From the NCBI RefSeq assembly GCF_006345805.1, contig NC_043012.1, positions 45,880,001-45,944,000 of the forward strand: a stretch of DNA of 64,000 nt. The letters run 5' to 3'. This document shows, one piece after another, positions 12,769-25,359 of the stretch. Positions within the stretch are counted from its first letter, which is position 1. Each line of letters begins with the position of its first letter. The notes below the pieces were generated by a model, which did no database searches, had not been told where the DNA came from, and saw nothing but the letters and a program-made list of their open reading frames with translations. The translations under genes were made by a program, and so were the position numbers. This DNA is from Octopus sinensis. Taxonomy: Eukaryota.

Positions 12769-13323
12769 GCCCTGATGCAGTACCAGGCAGTGGCTCTCAT
12801 GGCTTCTGATCTTAACTGATTGGAAGTGTTATCATGTACATTGTTTTGTCTTGGTATAAAAGATGGGCTACAGCAAATATTCTGCTTAATACCACAGATT
12901 TGCGTGTCAGTTGTTTGACTTTAACCAGTTGAGCATGTCACTTAGTGGCTGACGATATGTGCATCTCTGATCATGAGCAGAAGTAGTGGGGGAGCATCAT
13001 AGCCATGTGTTGAGAGGGATTCTTTGGGGTTTGAATAAATCACCTCTGGAAATATGGGTGTTTCGTTCAATATCCTTAAACAACCCTTATTCAGGGACCT
13101 TTCGAGTGGGATGGGTTACTCGACCTGAAGAAAATTCTAACTGGGCCCCACCTGCAAGGTCATGCGCTGTTTATTTTGATATGAGATCACCATGTCGCGC
13201 ACATATGGTTGTGATGCATGTGCCTAGTGTACCCTTATCAGACGGGTAAGTCATGATGGGTATACTGGGCTTCGTATATTTTACCCCAGTGTCACTTTGA
13301 TGGCATGCACTGCTCTCTCACTC
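12767..13323 (+). mobile_element. About 557-bp non-coding interspersed element embedded in (AAT)n, probably non-autonomous or a 3'-UTR retroposon
   Basis: Complex, more GC-rich block with (AAT)n on both sides and no recognisable protein motif; I recall it as a high-copy octopus repeat but cannot verify that here. Confidence 0.55.
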
Positions 13324-13344
13324 AATAATAATAATAATATTAAT

Positions 13345-13800
13345 AATAGATGAGGGATCTAGGACCAACCTGTAGATTATAATGATGAAGCTGTGTGGCT
13401 GCAGGAAATCCAAGATAGCTTAAGTAGTACAGAGGTACAAGAAAGCATGAAGATAACTATAGAAATGATAAAAAAGCAGTTAAGATATTAATATTCTGGA
13501 AAACCCGTGGTAGTGTACAATTTCAACATCATCAGTTAGAATTTGAATAACATCAAGGGAATTGTTACCAAGAGTAGAAAGATGATGACCATAAAAAAGA
13601 ATGCACCAGCAGAAAGTAGATACCAACCGGCAGTTCCTACCAAAAGCTTTCGGAAGGTGAATCCAAGTTCAACTCGAGCTGAACTACAAGGCTCTCACTA
13701 TTAGGTTGGATGTATAAATGACAAGAATAGAAAACCCAGTATCTTGTAATATTAAACGTCAGATGTACTCCATCAACAAAGAAGCGGGACATTTCAAGGA
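13345..13800 (+). mobile_element. R4/Dong-type LINE fragments (pre-RT and RT thumb)
   Basis: DQPVDYNDEAVWLQEIQ..QESMKITIEMIKKQLR..WKT followed by NNIKGIVTKSRKMMTI..MHQQKVDTNRQFLPK; internally deleted. Confidence 0.7.
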
Positions 13801-13958
13801 AACGTTTCCTATACAAGAATTACCATTAATAGAAACTTCGTGACGAATGCCAATGTACGACACTCTCCGCCGCTCAGTCACTCTGCTTCCTCTGCTAAAT
13901 ACTAATATATATATATTATATATATATATATATATATATGAGTATATATGTATTTATG

Positions 13959-14005
<47 letters not shown>

Positions 14006-14012
14006 CTGTGAG

Positions 14013-14057
<45 letters not shown>

Positions 14058-14256
14058 TCACAGTATGAGATATTTCTCCTGTTTGCATCACAATACCTGA
14101 ATATATATATATATATATATGTGTGTATGTATGTATATGGTGTTTTTGTGATCATGTGTATACTGTAGTCTACGAGTTTGTTATGGACAGGAACAAAGAG
14201 CCAACGTGAAACTATGTGTTAAATTTAACTAGTTCGGGAAATTTTGATACCACCTC

Positions 14257-14310
<54 letters not shown>

Positions 14311-14530
14311 CGTACATACATGCATACATACATAAAAACATATATATATATATATAATTAGAAAAAAACACCTTTTATCAATTCAAAATGAACAATTAAA
14401 TTACACATCTAGAAAATTACATATAATAGAAATATTAAAATTAAAATAACAATAAAATGTCAATGATTAGTATTTCTAAATTGAATGTTTTTCCTTGTAA
14501 GTTTGGATTTTATTCCTTCAAATAATAATG

Positions 14531-14586
<56 letters not shown>

Positions 14587-14594
14587 CACGAGTC

Positions 14595-14730
14595 GCCTCT
14601 TGCAATTTCGGTTAACCGAATCCACTTACAAGGCTTTGATCAGCTCGGGGCTATAGTATAAAACACTTGTGCAAGGTGCTACCCAGTGGACTCAACCTGG
14701 AACCATGTGGCTGTGAATCTTCTTACCGTG
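14595..14730 (-). mobile_element. SINE family A, 5' head
   Basis: Reverse complement of the 26036-26176 head (acaaggctttg..ggggctatagta..acacttg..caaggtgc..cagtgg..ggaaccatgtgg). Confidence 0.7.
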
Positions 14731-14769
14731 AATTCCTCTATGTATACGCGTTTGTGTGTATGCATGCTT

Positions 14770-15530
14770 GTTATCAAGAAGAATGTACAAACTGTTGAAA
14801 ACATGAAAAATCTTTTCACTGTCCCTTTTTTATGTATTTCTTGTCATATTCTTTTGTAGTAGATTTGTAAAGCCATTCATAACTACGTTATTCCTGTTCA
14901 TGGTAATGTAGCTATATTCACAGAATTGTTTCAGCCTCTGTCTTTCTACATAGAGCCTGATTTCCCAATGCTAGTGTATTTATATATAATTGCATCTACA
15001 AACACGTAGAACCATATATGCGTGTGAAAAATATTTGTAATCTTTTTTTCTGTATTTGCTTATAAATCATTATTTTTGTGGTTGCTATTATAGAAAAACA
15101 ACGCCAAGTCGATAAGAAAGCTAGAAGCGTCGATTCTTTATATAAAACAATTATATGATGACCTCTGCTAGAGGAAATCCCATTAATGACCTTTGTCGTT
15201 GGTATGGTTGCATTCGAGAAATCACTATCAAATAAAAATTTTGTTCATGAATCCGATTAGACCAACATCTAAAATATTTTTTTTTCTGAAGCAACTATTG
15301 GATATTATATATAATTGTGTTTGTGATGTATACACACGGCTGTTTTGTCATAGACTTCCCATTCCTCGTGATATATTATAAAGACTGATCCAATGACGGT
15401 GAATATTGTACGTTTTTGATGATCGAAAATTTCAGTCAATAGGCAACATTCGTGCTGAATAGTATTTGCCGACAGAAATTACAACGTCAAAGGCTCACAA
15501 TGCATGACGTATCAGGTTATTGGTGACTCA
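14770..15530 (-). pseudogene. TLR-like pseudogene fragment (LRR, LRRCT, TM, start of TIR)
   Basis: Minus strand: FLECNHT..SYNC (LRRCT-like), a hydrophobic stretch, then IIYKY..HWEIRLYV (juxtamembrane YxYRWEIR-like, about 14945-14995) and YHEQE*RSYEWLYK (box-1-like). Confidence 0.45.
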
Positions 15531-16194
15531 CTGTGCTCTTGACATTTTAAACTGTTGTGGCTTTGCTCAGTCAGTATAAAGACAGAAAGGAAAGTTGTGG
15601 GTAATATTTAGGAATATAACATTCGAGAATTAGACATCATCTGTCAAGTTACAAGTAACTTTGAAGATACAGTATGAAATATGCGAATACAACAGAAAAC
15701 TAGTAATGGTTTCTTATGTTTAGTAGAAAAAAGAATCTATTGAATTATAGAAATCGATTGATTCGACCCCCAGCTGATCTATTTATATTATTCACTTGAA
15801 AAGCATTAAAGCCTAAGATAAACACGAGAAAGATTCAAGCCTGCTCACCGTATCTGTTGTAATTCATGTCTAACTAAATTGCTTGCAAAAACACTCTTTC
15901 AAACACTATCTCGGTATGTATGTGGATACATATATATGCATACACATTTATATGTACTCTTATATATAATGAACAAACAAAAACATATGGCCATCACTCG
16001 GAAGCAAGTATAAACTGGCTCTGTGACCCACTTTCAAAAGTTAGGTTAAAAAAAACACAGAAAAAATATTGTCAAAAGATTACAGCGTGAAGGCCAGAAA
16101 AGTATGACAGAAGAATTTAAAAATTCAAGAAATTTGACATGTATGATATAATTATATATATATATTATCGTCTGCATCCATAAAATGAGTGCAC

Positions 16195-16340
16195 ATACAA
16201 GATCGTATCAAAAAGTTCCTGCTGCTCTATTTATGTAGCGTGGCAAAAGATGCAGACGTAGTGATGATAGTGAGCAGTGACCTACATGAGGCAGCATGTT
16301 GAGTGACATTGCTGTGTTTGCTTCTCAAGTTGTTAACTTT
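16195..16340 (+). mobile_element. Possible mariner left end
   Basis: tacaagatcgtatcaaaaagttcc resembles a mariner TIR; no transposase follows. Confidence 0.3.
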
Positions 16341-18492
16341 ATTAGGTAGGTGGTCACAATTTTTCTATACATAATCAGCTATACCCGAGTTATCAATATC
16401 TCCTCGTATCACAGCTTTGCGATGTTCGTCTACTCTTATTTTGAGGGGTAGCATGTTTCGCTTTTGTATAACCAACCACAGCTGCATGGGATGGAGTACA
16501 CGCAGTCTTTGGTCATATTCTCTTCTATTAGCGGTTTTACTGGAAGGAGATATTTGCGAAGTGTTGTATTACTCTTGAATACTGTCCTGATGTCATATAG
16601 GCCGCATATCTTTTGAATATTTTTGGTGAGGCCTTTCACATAAGGTAGACAGATTGTGGACAGTTTTTTGGCCTCATCCTCTCTCTTTTCCATAATTGGA
16701 GTGGATAGTATGGTTTTGGGGTACTTGTTGGTTAATAGATCGTTATTGAGGTTGATATTTTCTTCATGGTGTATATCACGATCGCTACTTATATTATTTG
16801 CTCGATGTTTTAGGCACTGAGCAATCCCTCTCTTTACACTGTATGGATGGTGGGAATTGAAGTTGATGTATCGTCCAGTAAAGGTCGGCTTGTGGTATAC
16901 GGATGTCCTGAATCCATACTTGGTGCGTGTTATTAATACGTCCAGGAATGCTAGCTGATTGTCTTTTCCTTTTCCATTGTCAACTGTATAGATGTCTTTA
17001 TTGCGTTCACATGATCTAACAGTACTTGGACATCTTCCTGGTGGGGACAGAGTATAATGGTGTCATCAACATATCGTAGCCATAGTGTTGGTTTTTGGTG
17101 GTGTTAATCCTAAAACCACATTCTCAATGTATTCCATGTATATATTGGTTATTACCAGTGATAATGGCGAACCCATAGCGAAACCCTCTTTTGTCGATAT
17201 ATATCATTGTCCATACTGAAGAAGGTAGTTTCTACATAGAAGGTCAACATTTCCAACAAGTTTCTTATTGGTATACCAGTGCGTTCTTTTAGATGGGTAT
17301 CTGTCACTAGTTTTACTTGTATCACCGATGGTGCTTCAGCAGTTGGGACTTTAGTGAACAGGCTTATCACACCTAGACTCACCATCTGGTTGGATTCAAT
17401 GAGGATATCCTTGATCAGTTCTGTGAAATGGGTGGAATTCTTCACGTACGGGGTTGACGTTCCTGCTAATGGACTGATTATATCCATAAGGAAGCGGCTC
17501 AGTGGATGACATGCTGAACCTCTACAGCTCACTATAGTCTTAATGGACTACCATCCTTGTGAATCTTAGGGATACTGTACATGTACTGGACATGTGTGGT
17601 AATTTACTGTGGTAGTTTACTGTGGTAGTTTACAGGTAACTGACTCAAGTCAGTTACCTGTATTTCATTGGTGTAAAGTGATCCTTGTTCTTGATCAAGA
17701 GATCTGTGACATCCTCTCTGTTTCCAGAGTTGGGCCTTTCTTTTCTTTGCTGTAGCTACCATCACTTATAAGACTTGCGAATTTTTCAGAGTAGTCAAAC
17801 ATGTTCATCACCACTGTAGCATTTCCCTTGTCCGCTAGAAGTATTATGATGGAATTGTAACTATGTTGTCTTTTGATAGCGAACATTTCTTCCTTAGTGA
17901 TGTTTGGTTTAGGAAGTTTTGTTTTTTTCCAGTACCTGTCTCACTTTCCACCTTAGTTCATCTCCCTGAGATTTTGGCTATCTCTTTATGGCTATCTCTT
18001 CGATAGTGATTATTATGTCCAAGTAGAGAATTCGCTTGATGGTTGCCGCCTTTGTTCAGTACTGCTTCTGCAGAGCTTTCTAGATGTCAGCTACTTACAT
18101 TAATAACTGCTTCCACAGTTGGGTGACGGATTTCAGTCTTCATTCTCTGACATTTGAGTTTCATAAACTTCTTAATCTGGCATGTCTTCACCATTTCAAA
18201 TTCTTTCATTTTTGATTTTTCTAGATCATGTTGGATTCTCATTCTATCATCATCTCTTGTTATTTTCCGAAGTAATGAAGATAATCTCTCTTTGATTTCG
18301 TTATTTAGTTGCTGTTTTTCCTTAGGAATGAGAAACCAGATTTGAAAATTCCCCAAGACACCTGAAGTAGGCAGGAGGGTATATGAGCCGGAATGTTGAG
18401 TTAACAACAAACAAGATGAGGAAAAATATCCGTCGAATGTAAATAATGTAAATAATGTACACAATTCCTCATCTCTTAAATATAGAACTGTA
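16340..18492 (-). mobile_element. Penelope-like retroelement (RT + GIY-YIG), near full length but disrupted, with an inverted pLTR at 18300-18492
   Basis: SCRGSACHPLSRFLMDIISPLAG..YVKNSTHF..SLFTKVP; WLRYVDDT (about 17062-17085); LPYVKGL..VFKSNTTLRKYL..CVYSIPCSCG. The 18300-18492 segment is the reverse complement of 49646-49820. Confidence 0.92.
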
Positions 18493-18549
18493 CAATTGTT
18501 ATGTTTTCATTATTATGTGTAAAGTCCTTTGGTTTTATTTCAAATTTTT

Positions 18550-19745
18550 CAGTCTCTGGGTGAACCACTCTAATAACCATCTCCCCTCTCTATGAACACT
18601 GGGAAGGGAAAAAGTCCTTAACAATGAAGAGAAGTTTGTCATCAAAGAAAGTGCGAAAGTGCATGAAGGAAAGTGCACTACACTTCATGTCATTGCAAAG
18701 AAGTTAGGTCGTCATGTGGACATGGTTAGACGAAGGACCTTTCGCCAAGGAAGAAACGCTCCGATTGTGGGACCTTCAAGTCTGTGACAGCCAGGAATTT
18801 AAGGAATATTGACCGCAAATTACGTGGGAATCCTGGGCAACAAAGCAAAGCCATTTTCACCGCCTCGGCCTTCCTCATGTACCGAAAACCACCAGAAATC
18901 GCATCCTCGGGATCATAGCTTCTGTGTGAGAACCTCTAAAACTACATCGTCACAGAAGTTTGAATCTTCAATGGGCCGAAAAGTACATGCCATTAGACAT
19001 GAGCTCCGTTCTGTTCATTGAAGAAACCAGGGTGACCCTTGACGGATCTGACGATTGGCCAAATGGTTGGGTCTATTTTGAAGATGAGCGTCACCAACAG
19101 GTTGGAGGAGACCTGTTTCGGGCTGGTGTCATTAGGGACAGACATTTTGGCCCTGTCAGTGTGTCTGAAGGGGTTAAAATGACCGCAGCCGCATACTGCA
19201 ATCTCCTGAAGGAAGTTTTGATCCCTGGTTAGATGACACACTGCTGTCACTTCTAACGAATGTCGTATTCATGCATGACAATGCTCCCTGCCATTCTGCT
19301 AGGACCACTGAAACATAAGTAGGTTCTTACACCATACAAGGTGAAAGGCTGATGGTGTAGCCGCTAGCATCTCCATACGTTAACCCTATCGAAAATAACT
19401 GGTCCATCATAAACAAGATATGCATGCCGATGGACGCCAATTAACATCGAAAGATGTGTTATGGGTGAACATCAAAGCTGCAGCAGAGGCAGTCCAGCTT
19501 GCTGCTATAAAGAAACTGACAGATTCCATGACTAATAAGGGTTTTAAGTTATCTATCGAGAGGGCGCTCAAGGGGCTAAATAATTCATTATGTCAAGAAA
19601 TGTAATATTATTGTGGTTTTTCTGTTAATTATATACTCAATGTATGATTAATATGTATCATTACCCTTCATCTTCTGACAAAGAAAAAAAATGTAGATAG
19701 GCGATTTACATTCAAAAGCTATTAGCGTGGTTCACCCCCCCCCCT
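18550..19745 (+). mobile_element. Tc1-like DNA transposon with both TIR remnants
   Basis: LQWAEKYM..VLFIEETRVTLDG; GVKMTAAAYCNLL; FMHDNAPCHSA; LNPIENNWSII. TIR gggtgaaccactctaata (18558-18575) pairs with tattagcgtggttcaccc (19720-19737). Confidence 0.9.
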
Positions 19746-19903
19746 GAAGAATCTAAAATAAGAAAACAAAGGTCGTTACACAGGATAATTAAAATATAGT
19801 ATTGGTGTTTCTATAGTCTGCAAACCAGCTGGGAAAAGATTGTATCAAAATCGATTCACAGAAAACCTGAATTTCATTCCTAAGCTATTATCGTGGTTCT
19901 GGG

Positions 19904-20053
<150 letters not shown>

Positions 20054-20865
20054 AAGATATATAACATGTATAGGTGGGAGTGTATGTAGGTGTGTGAGTG
20101 TGTGTGTGTGTGCATTATATACTACTGTATGTGTGTGTTAATTAAATGATTGTTCATAAGCTCCTGCAAACTTTAGCGTATCAGAAATATAATCCTTCGT
20201 AGCCTGCAATTATAAAACAGGTGCTTGTCTCGGAGGATGATTTTGCAAACATATGCCAAGAATCTTCGACTGCTCTCTGTATGCAATGCGTCATTAATGC
20301 ATTTCGAAATAAAACTACAATCGTTTTCAACTATTCAGTGCACTGGAAATTTTCCGCTAATAAAATTAGAGTCAGTACAACGGTGTACATTCTTGCTTTA
20401 ATTAAATATTACCCAATAATGTTGAACATTAAGGCATATTAGTAAAATAAATGCACACAGCTGCCTAGTAAAAGCTATAGAGCAGGTGTGGCCCAAGGGC
20501 TTACTGAAAAGGCGAAGAAATGCAAGAAAACGCGATCAATAAAACGAACAGAAACGCTGCGTTCCATGCAAGCTGGAGAAAATATGCATTAGATTTGTGA
20601 ATACACATAAGAGACATAGTATATTTTTAAATGTTAATTTACGAGATCTGTTCTTCACAATTCCTTCTGGTGTTAACATGTTTTAAGCATTGATCGGGCT
20701 GTCGTGGAAAGGACATCGAATGTATTATTTCACGACGTCTTTAAGTAGCATACAACTACTCTGAAGTAACTGATACGTTCTTTTTTTATATTTTTAAAGA
20801 ATGAATTCAGGCACACACACACACACATCCACACACGCACACACACACACGCATACACACACACG

Positions 20866-20903
<38 letters not shown>

Positions 20904-20959
20904 ACACACACACACACACACACAGCTACCTAAAAGTGGTTTTGAAGTTTGGAACGAGG

Positions 20960-21330
20960 CTTGCAATTTCGGTGGAAGGATAACTCAATTACATCGACCC
21001 CAGTCCCCGATTATTACTTATTTCATCAAACCCCTAAACGCAAATTCGACCTTGGCAGAAGGGAAACTGAGAACATAAAGACAGACGAAATACCTATTTC
21101 TTTATTACCCACAAGGGGCTAAACATAGAGGGGACAAACAAGAACAGACATAGGTTTTAAGTCGATTACATCGACCCCAGTGCGTAACTGGTACTTAATT
21201 TATCAACCCCGAAAGGATGAAAGGCAAAGTCGACCTTGGCGGAATTTGATCTCACAACGTATCGACAGACGAAATACGGCTACGCATTTCGCCTGGCGTG
21301 CTAACGTTTCTGGCAGCTCACCGCCCAACT
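20960..21330 (-). mobile_element. Octopod tRNA-derived SINE family B with an internal tandem unit
   Basis: gtcgattacatcgaccccagtgcgtaactggtac..gaaaggatgaaaggcaaagtcgacc..ggcggaatttga..gacgaaatac..gctaacgtttctggcagctcaccgcc; near-identical copy at 30895-31310. Confidence 0.85.
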
Positions 21331-21764
21331 GCTACGTAATAATAAAGGTGTCAATGACACACCCTACGCCTGTGTTTACTGAGATAAAACTTGCTCAATT
21401 CTCATTAAAAATGTTTGAAGTATTTCATATATATTTTTGCTCTGTAGAGTGAAAGGCAAGGATTTTACGTGTGGCTGCACGTATATTAGTATTTTTTATC
21501 AGTCAAGTGCAGTTATACAACATATAGCTAAAAGATCCCTACCCTCGATAATCTACAAGTGTTTATCATGATGATTCAGAAAGAGTACGTCATTCCTCAC
21601 ACACAGATTTAGAAATTATTGAACAGTTCCCAAATAAAGATTCTTGTCTCACATCTTGCAAAGTAAGCTACTAGATGATATTCAATTTTCTCTCATTCCC
21701 CCATTCTAATCGACTATATGTCTGCTTGTCTGTCTGAGCAGTTGCTACATGTGGAATTCTGTGG

Positions 21765-21995
21765 TATTTAAATTTAAGAAAAAAACCTGACTTATCTTCC
21801 GGCGAATTACTTTAGGTAGACCATCTTTTTCGATAATTTCGTTATTTTTATAGTAGATATAATAAGCAGTTATCTCAGGGCAATGGACGCCATATGTATC
21901 ACGTGACTTTTCAGTATAAATGCTAAAGTACACTATTTCGGTTTAATCTACAGTAATTCGCCGGCAGATAGTCATGTGTTTTAAAATTTATTCTA
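21765..21995. mobile_element. MITE-like inverted repeat
   Basis: tgacttatcttccggcgaattact (21788-21811) pairs with agtaattcgccggcagatagtca (21952-21974), with weaker flanking complementarity. Confidence 0.5.
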
Positions 21996-22561
21996 AACAA
22001 TATCGACATACGTCTTTTATTAACTTTATTCACTAACACGTATTTACGTTTATTTAACTTCTCCATAAAGAATTAATCCACAATAATACTCTATTTCAAT
22101 ATTTTAGTTCGTAACTTTTAATAATATTAATGTCTTTAACTTAGGGATTACATTACAGGTTTTGTTTCTTTATATATTTTCTTTATTCCTTATCATATTA
22201 TGAGGTAAGTGAAACTTTTAGTTTTTAGATTTTTTATTAGGAATGTGACCTGAGGAGTGACTGCTTTTGGGAGTAAAATCGTTTTTCCGTTCTAATAAAC
22301 TTGGATATGGATTTTTTATATGATTTTATGTAGTCCTAATTCAGCCATGAAACACACGTAGTCGATGCACTAGCACTTACTTTTAGACATTATATTATTG
22401 TATTAATTTTTATTGTTCAATGGTTGGGCGGGTTCTTCATTGCCTGAGATGTGGAATGGTGGTTTGTCTCTAAAATAGTTATATACATATATTATATACT
22501 ACGAAATTCAGTCTAATATAATAATATTTAACATGTAAGGCTGGAATAATAATGTATTCCC

Positions 22562-22633
<72 letters not shown>

Positions 22634-23007
22634 TAATCCACATCATCAAAACAAATGGACAACAAATTCGGAATACAAATGTTCACCAAATTCCAGTGAA
22701 ATAACCTATAGAGACATATGGTCACAAAATGTTTCTAAATTTTTCTTTCCGCAACCTACACGGCAGAAGTGAGGCTGGAAGAAAGATAAAAAAGATACGG
22801 TTTATCAAAATGTTAAAACCTGTTCTGAACGGAAATAACAACAATAATATAACGACGAATTAATGATGTGGATTAAAAAATATCTCTAGCACATAAATAT
22901 AGACAAGTTACAGAATACAGGTAACTTGCATTACGGAATATTTTTTTAATGTTAAAATGCCATAATAAAAAACGTGCAAAACCAGACCATGTTTTAACAT
23001 GATTCAA

Positions 23008-23059
<52 letters not shown>

Positions 23060-23169
23060 TACACAAAATATGGGGTTTTAGTTTACAGGTGATCTAAACG
23101 ACTAGGCACGTAGTGTAACGGTATACCAAGCGTTTTAGATTTCCGAAATAGCGGATATATAATTTTTAA

Positions 23170-24450
23170 AGAGGACAACAAACGGCTAAGGCAAGACAAA
23201 CATCTCAAGTCATATACGTTATTATTACTGGAAAAAAATTGAAAGTCTTATCCCATACCAGAGTATGAGATATTCCGTCATTGGAGATATATAGGGAAAT
23301 AAGAAGAGTATAGATTAATGAAATAACGACATTGTGGACAGGAGAAAAAGAATGAGATGAAGAAAAAGAAGAAAGTGAAAAGAGAAGCATAAGAGTAAAA
23401 GAGGATAGCGCAAAAAGCAAAATGCAGCAAGGGCGAAGGGATTCAAAGAGAATAGTAAGTGCCTGGTCTGTAGAGGTTGGGGAGGAAATCTAGTAGTAAG
23501 TGCTTGTGTCCGTTTTATCGCTAAGATCAGTGGTTGCAGAAATATTATTAGCTATGGGGGTATGAGTATGTATGTAGTCGTGATAGGAGGAACCAGTTGA
23601 ATGTTAAATTATTTAAGAATAAGATTCGAATTTGAATATTGGGGGATTTTTAAGGTCAAGATTTTAAAATAAATTGAAGAATTAACATATGTCTTGTAAA
23701 GTGTTAAGGTAAGGCTTATTGAAGAGATATACAAGGGCATGTGTTAACGATCATGAAGGTATTATTTTAATGTGATGCATGGAGGGTGAAGCAGTTACTA
23801 CTAGATATCCTCCACAACCACTTCGGGCTAGAAGGATACCACTAGCGCCTACTATACTCGTTGAATCCTTTTAATTTTACTTCATTCGTTTTACGTTATC
23901 TTCCTTTACCTCCTCCTCCTCTCTCCTTATTTACCCTTATATATTTATTTATTTATCTTCATGGTTATAGACCTTATTTTATCCTTAATGTCAATCCTTG
24001 CATATCTCCCTGGCTCCCTATACCTCTCTATTAATTAATTTATTTGTTTATTCTCTTTACCCCTTAATAGCCTCTTCCACTATCATTCTCTTACGGAGCG
24101 TCGATACGATCCCGTCTATTTCTTGATATTTACGCAATTAAATCTTTACCCAACAGGGATTTACACAGGATTGCACGTAATGACTTATGGACTAACATCT
24201 ACACGATCAGAAAGTGGAACTGTGAACTTGTATGCTTCTTTTTCTTCACCTCCTTATTTATCTTGCCATGTCCTCTATGTCGCCATCTCATTAATCTATA
24301 CCCTTCTCATTCTCCCTATTTGCCGCCGATGACCGAATATCGAATACTCTGGAGCATCCCAGAAACAGCTGTAAGACTGAATGTTTCTAATAATAATAAC
24401 AACGTATATGGCTTGAAATGTTTGTCTCACCTTAACGCTTGTTGTCCCCA
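23170..24450. repeat. Nested long inverted-repeat structure, probably two opposed copies of a Penelope-type terminal repeat
   Basis: 23170-23390 pairs with 24230-24450, and 23435-23505 pairs with 23790-23870, as diverged reverse complements. Confidence 0.8.
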
Positions 24451-24489
24451 TTAACAATTATATATATATATATATATCTTGTCCTTCAG

Positions 24490-25010
24490 ATGTCATCACT
24501 ATTCTTTCTCATGATTAGATACTTAAGAAAGCGCAATGCAGCATTGTTTGAAATACAAGATTTTATGCTTTGGGTGGCTACTGTGTTCATATCTTACACC
24601 TTAGATTCTGATGCTCGGTATATTAATGAGGAACTACGGGATTCAACGTTACGTAATACGGTAGAGTGCCATGATTCTATCGAAAGTATTCATAAATAAA
24701 GTTATATTTTAAACCAAGTCAAAGGCCATTGTAGTATGATTAATTAACTATTTACTGAACTCTTCTCACAATAACTTAGTGACCCACAGGAGTTCCTAAT
24801 GCACGCTGTGTTAATCTGTCAATCCATTACGCATGTCAATCGGTCGACTAATAATTATGAAAACAAACAATTTGGTTGGGATTTTCAGTGACAGAAACTG
24901 AGAACAAATGAAAAACAATAGTTTTCACTTCATAGACTGGATGGTGATAATAAACAGCGTGCAATACTATAATACGTTGCACCAATCCATTAAAGGTATG
25001 TATTGGACAC
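24490..25010 (+). pseudogene. TIR-domain remnant of a Toll-like receptor
   Basis: ORF 24439-24699: RYLRKR..VFISYTLDSDARYINEELR (box 1), DSIESI; then in shifted frames SKAIVV*LINYLLNS, EFLMHA, GRLIIM, HFIDW, in TIR order. Confidence 0.55.
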
Positions 25011-25359
25011 ATTAATCCCTCGTGTATGGACGTTCATTAATTAAAAGTAGATGCATTGCTTCGTTCATTTCTCTCTGTCTATATACATCAGGCTAAAAGA
25101 GGAGATGTTGACGCGGTGCCTACATCCATGTACGCAAATGCACACATATTGCATATCTGCTTATGAGTTAAAAGTATCTCTAGCTATCTATAAATACATG
25201 TGTGTTTATGTTTGAGACAATACTTTCGCCAATACGGACATAGAAACAAAACCATGCATATACATATGCTTACTAAAGTAGCAAATGAATTATTACAAAA
25301 GAAAGGATCATTCATTATATGTGATTGTTAAAAATTTATACTAGCTTACATTTATATTA

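Larger units (their letters stand above)
20160..22960 (+). pseudogene. Scattered LRR-like remnants, putative ectodomain of the 24490-25010 TIR
   Basis: NAFRNKTTIVF..FSANKIRV (ORF 20221-20442), DNLQVFIM (about 21547-21570) and MLKPVLNGNNNNNITT..CGLKNIS (about 22810-22890); interleaved with SINE, MITE and microsatellites. Confidence 0.3.
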
